Shown: piece after piece, positions 36,284 to 40,897 of the stretch
How positions within the stretch are numbered: the stretch's first letter is position 1
How the letters are laid out: every line of letters begins with the position of its first letter
IMG/VR virus record: IMGVR_UViG_3300005573_000158
Coordinates: 1-40,897 of that record
Strand: one strand, 5' to 3'
DNA: 40,897 bases
DNA from: a virus
Lineage: Duplodnaviria; Caudoviricetes
Translations under genes and position numbers: made by a program
Notes under the pieces: generated by a model
Told to the model about the DNA's origin: nothing
The model's input: only the letters and a program-made list of their open reading frames with translations
The model's database searches: none

Positions 36284-37686
36284 GTGAACTATACTATGCT
36301 CGTAGAGATTATACAACAATTCTTGAGGAGCTAGTACAGCGCCTCAAGTCTTATTGCCCAGAATACACAGATTTTAACCATTCTTCCGTTGGGATGGCGA
36401 TTTTACGTCTCGTCGCCGATACGGCTGACAATATCCACTACCACGTGGATCAGGCGGCGCAGGAAGCATTCATAGACTATGCGCTTGAGAGGCAGTCTAT
36501 ATATGATTTGGGGCACCTTGTAGGCTATGTGCCGAGACTCTCCTCTCCAAGCCTTGGTGTAGTCACCCTCACGAAGCGCGCAGATTATGATGCTCCTATA
36601 AAAATTCCCGCCTATTCAGTATTTGCAACACCGGATGGGGTGAAATTTATAAATCCTACTGCATACATATTGGATAGGCGAGCTACAAGTATTGATATAT
36701 TCGTGGTTCAGGGCGAGGTCATCGAACGAGATATTACCCCCGCCGAGTATTTTTCAAGGGACTGGAGTGGAAGGACTTATGTGAGGCTAGAGCCTAATAT
36801 CTCGCTGTATATGCTTGAATTATGGGAACAAGGGCCAAGTGAATTAATTCCATGGGTGTATAATGAGGGATTGTGGAGGGCTACAGAAAACGACAGATAT
36901 TTTTCTGTAGATTTGGATGGGGATACTATGGACGTGCTTCTTGTCTTCGGCGATGGTCGCTGGGGCATGAAGCCGCCAGAATCCGGTCTGAAGATACGAT
37001 ATCTCAGAACAATGGGGCGAAAAGGAAACGTATCGGCGGGCAGGATCACCATCTACCCGGCGGTCTTTCCAGGGGAGATAACATGTAGTAATTCGGTAGA
37101 GACGTCTGGCGGAGACGATCCCGAGTCTATGGATGAATTGAGGGAGATTATACCAAGGCTCACCAGAACGCAACGACGAGGCGTTACACTCGATGACTAC
37201 GAAGTCCTAGTAGAACGGGTACCGGGGATACGGCATTGCAAGGCGGTTGACAGAGAGCTTAATAAGGAATTGCCTTATTACTATATCGCACTGTATGTTG
37301 TGCCGGAAGGTAATGGCAGATTAAGCGAACCGCTACGCTATCAGATTGTCAAAACTCTACAAGACTTTGGGCATCTGGGGGAATGGAGCAAAAGGTATAT
37401 CATAAGAGAAGCCACGCAGGTGCCCATAAACATTAGCCTTATTGCTGGTATAAACATAGGCTATTCCCGATCAGATGCTGAATATCAAGCCAGGGTTACC
37501 GTGGAAAATTTTCTTAGCACCGAGAATCACCGGATAGGGGAGCTATTTCAATACGGTGAACTCTATGTGGCGCTAAAGCAATTGCAATGTTTTTCTTGGA
37601 TTAAGATAACCTCCCCAATTGATGATATCCAACTTGCATATAATGAATTTCCTGTCTTAGGTGATTTTACCATTACTATTCGTTGA
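36280..37686 (+). CDS. Baseplate J/gp47-like wedge protein
   Basis: RDY, DFN.S..G, FGDG..G..P, GG.D.ES and R.VT..DYE. Confidence 0.92.
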   Translation: MSELYYARRDYTTILEELVQRLKSYCPEYTDFNHSSVGMAILRLVADTADNIHYHVDQAAQEAFIDYALERQSIYDLGHLVGYVPRLSSPSLGVVTLTKRADYDAPIKIPAYSVFATPDGVKFINPTAYILDRRATSIDIFVVQGEVIERDITPAEYFSRDWSGRTYVRLEPNISLYMLELWEQGPSELIPWVYNEGLWRATENDRYFSVDLDGDTMDVLLVFGDGRWGMKPPESGLKIRYLRTMGRKGNVSAGRITIYPAVFPGEITCSNSVETSGGDDPESMDELREIIPRLTRTQRRGVTLDDYEVLVERVPGIRHCKAVDRELNKELPYYYIALYVVPEGNGRLSEPLRYQIVKTLQDFGHLGEWSKRYIIREATQVPINISLIAGINIGYSRSDAEYQARVTVENFLSTENHRIGELFQYGELYVALKQLQCFSWIKITSPIDDIQLAYNEFPVLGDFTITIR

Positions 37687-37687
37687 T

Positions 37688-38530
37688 ATGTCCAAAATTG
37701 ATTTATTTAGACGTCTTCCGGAAATTTGGAAACGACTCGACCGTGAGGGTTTCGCCGAGCGTTTTCTCAAGGTCATCTCAGACGAGTACAACTTAACTGT
37801 TGATACCGTAGATGGGTTGAAGCGTCTCTGGTCTCTTCGCGACACTCCGATCGACTTTCTTCATGCGCTCACCCAACTAATTGGGTACGAGCATGACGAC
37901 TATTTTTCAGACGAAGAGAATAGGCGGATAGCGCTCAATGCCATACGTGAATATTCGTCAAAGGGGACATTTAGCTATTATCGTTGGTATCTCGCTCAGC
38001 ATGATATTATAACTCATAATATTGTCGATCTTGCGTCTAAACTGCTTATCTTAAGCGGTGGCCAAGGTAAATTAAGCGAAGATGGCTGTGGCATACCAGA
38101 TGCCGACAGATTGAATGATGGAATCTTTGAGTTTGAAATTGAAAATACACCACATGCTGTTGAGCGATTCAATAATCTTGCAAAACGCAAAGTCGCGGGG
38201 ACGAAATGGGTATGTAAGCCGTCATTCTCGGTAGTAACAGAGTGTACTCCGCTTACCGATATAGACTTTGTTGTCGCACTACGAAGCACAAATATTCACG
38301 GATGGTTAGGGGATCAGGAGGTAAATTATCTTCGCCTGTCGTGCGAATCGGTTATGCCGTATCAGAGTATTGATATGGTTACGAGAGTAAATGTCTATCC
38401 ATGGAAACGCCCTGGGACGCAACAAACACTCGATATAGACTCGCTTGAAGGAAGGCTTGGGGAGACAGTCCTCGAACGGCTTGGGGTGTCTGTATTTGCT
38501 AAGGCCCCGTATCAAACAATAGGGAGTTAA
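37688..38530 (+). CDS. Baseplate protein (P2 GpI-like)
   Basis: LPEIW..LD, FL..L....G and Y..KGT; start moved to MSKID after the J stop. Confidence 0.8.
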   Translation: MSKIDLFRRLPEIWKRLDREGFAERFLKVISDEYNLTVDTVDGLKRLWSLRDTPIDFLHALTQLIGYEHDDYFSDEENRRIALNAIREYSSKGTFSYYRWYLAQHDIITHNIVDLASKLLILSGGQGKLSEDGCGIPDADRLNDGIFEFEIENTPHAVERFNNLAKRKVAGTKWVCKPSFSVVTECTPLTDIDFVVALRSTNIHGWLGDQEVNYLRLSCESVMPYQSIDMVTRVNVYPWKRPGTQQTLDIDSLEGRLGETVLERLGVSVFAKAPYQTIGS

Positions 38531-38533
38531 CGA

Positions 38534-39037
38534 ATGGCTGTTACAACTCTAAATATGTCAGTTTTTAAGGCTGTCCATTATAAGAATTCAACGCAATTGT
38601 GGCTAGGTATGGGTGGCCCAGCTTCTTGGGATAATGAGTCAGTCCCACCAGTTCCGCCACAGAATACTATAAGCATTATTTCCCCTAAATTCTTTGTTCG
38701 CGCCAATTATGTGAGTCTTGTGGCTGATGGCGGACACGATGTGGTGGTGCGAGGACATAGCTATCAGTTTGTGAGTGATGACGAAGCGTATCTGAAATCG
38801 GCGAGATTCATTTACGCACGGTTCGTCTTCTCTATCCCAACCGATTTTGGTGCGATACAAATTAGACAAATAGGGGTATATGCGAACATAATCCCATACC
38901 CGCAATATTCAACTCTTTCATTTCTTATCCCTTCGCAGATAAGCAACTCCGGCGAATTACATACGATAGAGAACCGATCGCCGGTAGAATTGTTGCCACA
39001 AAATGAACAAATAGTACACGTAGTGTTGGAGGTTTAG
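38534..39037 (+). CDS. Baseplate-associated structural protein
   Basis: W.NE..PP.P and RQIGVY patterns; lies between GpI-like and DUF4815-like genes. Confidence 0.6.
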   Translation: MAVTTLNMSVFKAVHYKNSTQLWLGMGGPASWDNESVPPVPPQNTISIISPKFFVRANYVSLVADGGHDVVVRGHSYQFVSDDEAYLKSARFIYARFVFSIPTDFGAIQIRQIGVYANIIPYPQYSTLSFLIPSQISNSGELHTIENRSPVELLPQNEQIVHVVLEV

Positions 39038-39038
39038 C

Positions 39039-40897
39039 ATGTCAGGAATTCTTGAACAAGCCCTTGCTGATTACAAATTGAGGGCCATTGATCCACTCCC
39101 CATCCCAGAAATAGTTGTCTCAGTGGGGCAAGGAAGTGGTACGGCTACCTATGAGTACGTTGCAACTTTCGTGAGCCTTGTGGGGGAGACTTCGCCAACC
39201 CAACCAGTGGTAGTTACAAATGCCCCCAACACTCTTACCCCTACGGCTTACATTAAAATTGAGGTGAAATTTGTCCCTGCTGCGGCGAAGGGGATCAGAA
39301 TATATCGTAAATACAATGGCGTATTTTGCCTCTTAAAGGAAGTTGCGAGCGATGTAACCACCATATATGACAACGGAAGTTCACTCAACACTAATATTGC
39401 AATAGCCCCTGACGCGAGCAATACCTCTGGTAGGCCAGAATGGGTCGCCGTCTTGTGGAACGCTGGCCGGTATGTTCAGAGGGCAGAGTTTCTCGACATG
39501 GAGTGGCTGTTGCTGAGGAGCGTCAAAGCATTGGGGGACATTACCCACAGAAATGGGGATGTCATTGACGGCTGCGTACCTGTCAAAATGGCGACTAACC
39601 GTTGGAAAATGTCAACAGGGAAGATATACCTCGATGGGCAAATCGTCCAGGTTCCAGAAGGGGTTGTTGACATTACCGGTTCTGGTACAGAAAACGTTGG
39701 GCTTACCATAATCCCTCGCGTCGTAACAGAAGATCAGGATGTATATCTAAGGGACATTGACCAGGGATGCGATATTGAGTACGCGCGCGAAGGTGCTCAT
39801 AGGCTGGTGCTTACCCTCCAATGGGGGGTCGATAAAGAAGGACAGCTCAATATTCAGGAATTCGTTGATGGCATTCCTACAGCTAGGACGCTCCCCCCAG
39901 AGCGAACTGTGTTAATGGAGACTTTGGCGAGGCGTTCATATCTCACCACGGGCGACTGTTCCCTTGTGCCGCCTCAGTACACAATAGAGGCAAATGAAGA
40001 CCCAACAAAATTTACATTCAAGGTGCTGCCGCTAGATGTCCTTGTGCGCGGCTACGAAGTACAGACCATGGATACAGTCCCGGTGCCTCTTGCGAAAGGT
40101 CGCGACACCGTGGCATATGATAACATCACGGTTGGGTTCTGGTCTGCGCCAGGCGGGGTGGCAATAGCCTCTAACACAGGGCCGTATAACGTCAATGGAT
40201 TGTATATTTCGCTAAAGGTTGGGGAAGGGTATATCCATACCATTCAACTGACCGGAACTTCTGTGACAGCAGATGCGATAGCTACTCAGATCAACGCGGC
40301 TGTTAATGCCCGTAAAACTTCCGGGCAGCCTGATATAGTTACTGCAGGGAGCATGAACGGGAAGCTTACTATCGCGGCGCAAGCTGGCAAGAAGCTCTCG
40401 ATCCTGGCATGTACTAGCGATGCATATTCTGTTCTTGGGCTGACTGTAGGCGACTATCTACCATCAGGCACTAGAATTTATCGTTTTCTGGATTCGTTTA
40501 TAAAACGCGCTTGGGATATAAAATACATCTCCGAACAGGTACTACAACTATCATACAGCACTGTTGTTAATGGCGCTGTCCTACCAAATAATGTCGCGTC
40601 GCTTATCGGCGCTTCTGTATCGTCTGCGGACTGCCATGATGGGTATTTCGATTTTCGTTATGGCGTTGATTTTAGCCTAGGTCAGTATTCGAATCAGAGG
40701 GCAATTATTTTCGACCAGAGCCAAAACAAACCCAGTGGGACATTTTATCTAAAATGCCTCATGACACGTACAGCGACCGTGGGGCAAAGAGTTTATACCA
40801 CCGCAAACAATGTCGCCATAACTCGCTCTTCTACTAGTAATATCGACTATTTACAACATTACGACGTTGTAAAAATAACAAAAGTTATGGCTTCTTC
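39039..40897 (+). CDS. DUF4815-like baseplate/tail fibre protein, truncated by window end
   Basis: Not in the ORF track. ATG 39039 after GGAGG; contains LWNAGRYVQRAEFLDME...LGDITHRNGDVIDGC; frame spot-checked to about 40450. Confidence 0.8.
   Translation, partial: MSGILEQALADYKLRAIDPLPIPEIVVSVGQGSGTATYEYVATFVSLVGETSPTQPVVVTNAPNTLTPTAYIKIEVKFVPAAAKGIRIYRKYNGVFCLLKEVASDVTTIYDNGSSLNTNIAIAPDASNTSGRPEWVAVLWNAGRYVQRAEFLDMEWLLLRSVKALGDITHRNGDVIDGCVPVKMATNRWKMSTGKIYLDGQIVQVPEGVVDITGSGTENVGLTIIPRVVTEDQDVYLRDIDQGCDIEYAREGAHRLVLTLQWGVDKEGQLNIQEFVDGIPTARTLPPERTVLMETLARRSYLTTGDCSLVPPQYTIEANEDPTKFTFKVLPLDVLVRGYEVQTMDTVPVPLAKGRDTVAYDNITVGFWSAPGGVAIASNTGPYNVNGLYISLKVGEGYIHTIQLTGTSVTADAIATQINAAVNARKTSGQPDIVTAGSMNGKLTIAAQAGKKLSILACTSDAYSVLGLTVGDYLPSGTRIYRFLDSFIKRAWDIKYISEQVLQLSYSTVVNGAVLPNNVASLIGASVSSADCHDGYFDFRYGVDFSLGQYSNQRAIIFDQSQNKPSGTFYLKCLMTRTATVGQRVYTTANNVAITRSSTSNIDYLQHYDVVKITKVMAS

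Larger units (their letters stand above)
1..40897. mobile_element. Temperate contractile-tailed phage genome segment
   Basis: Integrase, repressor, terminase, portal, capsid, sheath, tube and baseplate genes in canonical order; no host housekeeping genes seen. Confidence 0.97.

Noticed and set aside
1-40897. Diversity-generating retroelement, introns/inteins or stop-codon reassignment
   Set aside because: No reverse transcriptase seen; NrdJ, TerL and helicase look uninterrupted and of normal length; genes tile well under the standard code.

Overview
The whole window is phage DNA: about 41 kb of a temperate myovirus, apparently in the excised or virion state, because an intact attP-like region sits between two phage modules. 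The left half (1-14.6 kb, minus strand) is the early arm. It carries a Dam-family methyltransferase (truncated), small Zn-ribbon and secreted proteins, DUF3310, a dUTPase/Dcd-like enzyme, a class II ribonucleotide reductase, a 1.9-kb non-coding multi-repeat region (probable origin), a RepB'-primase/helicase fusion, SSB, an exonuclease, a Sak4-like ATPase and an excisionase missing from the ORF track. A P2/186-like switch (xis <- -> repressor-integrase) is followed by attP. The plus-strand late arm runs from terminase, a portal-MuF fusion, protease/scaffold, capsid and neck to sheath, tube, a frameshifted tail chaperone, tape measure and baseplate, ending in a truncated DUF4815-like protein. 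The most interesting signals are the layered repeat/hairpin region, an 11-bp site shared by several promoters, 10-bp-phased GGAC boxes at both the switch and attP, a promoter-driven cassette with a secreted Gln-rich protein, and a domain shared by the sheath and the baseplate/fibre protein. All family calls come from motif recognition by eye; no searches were run.
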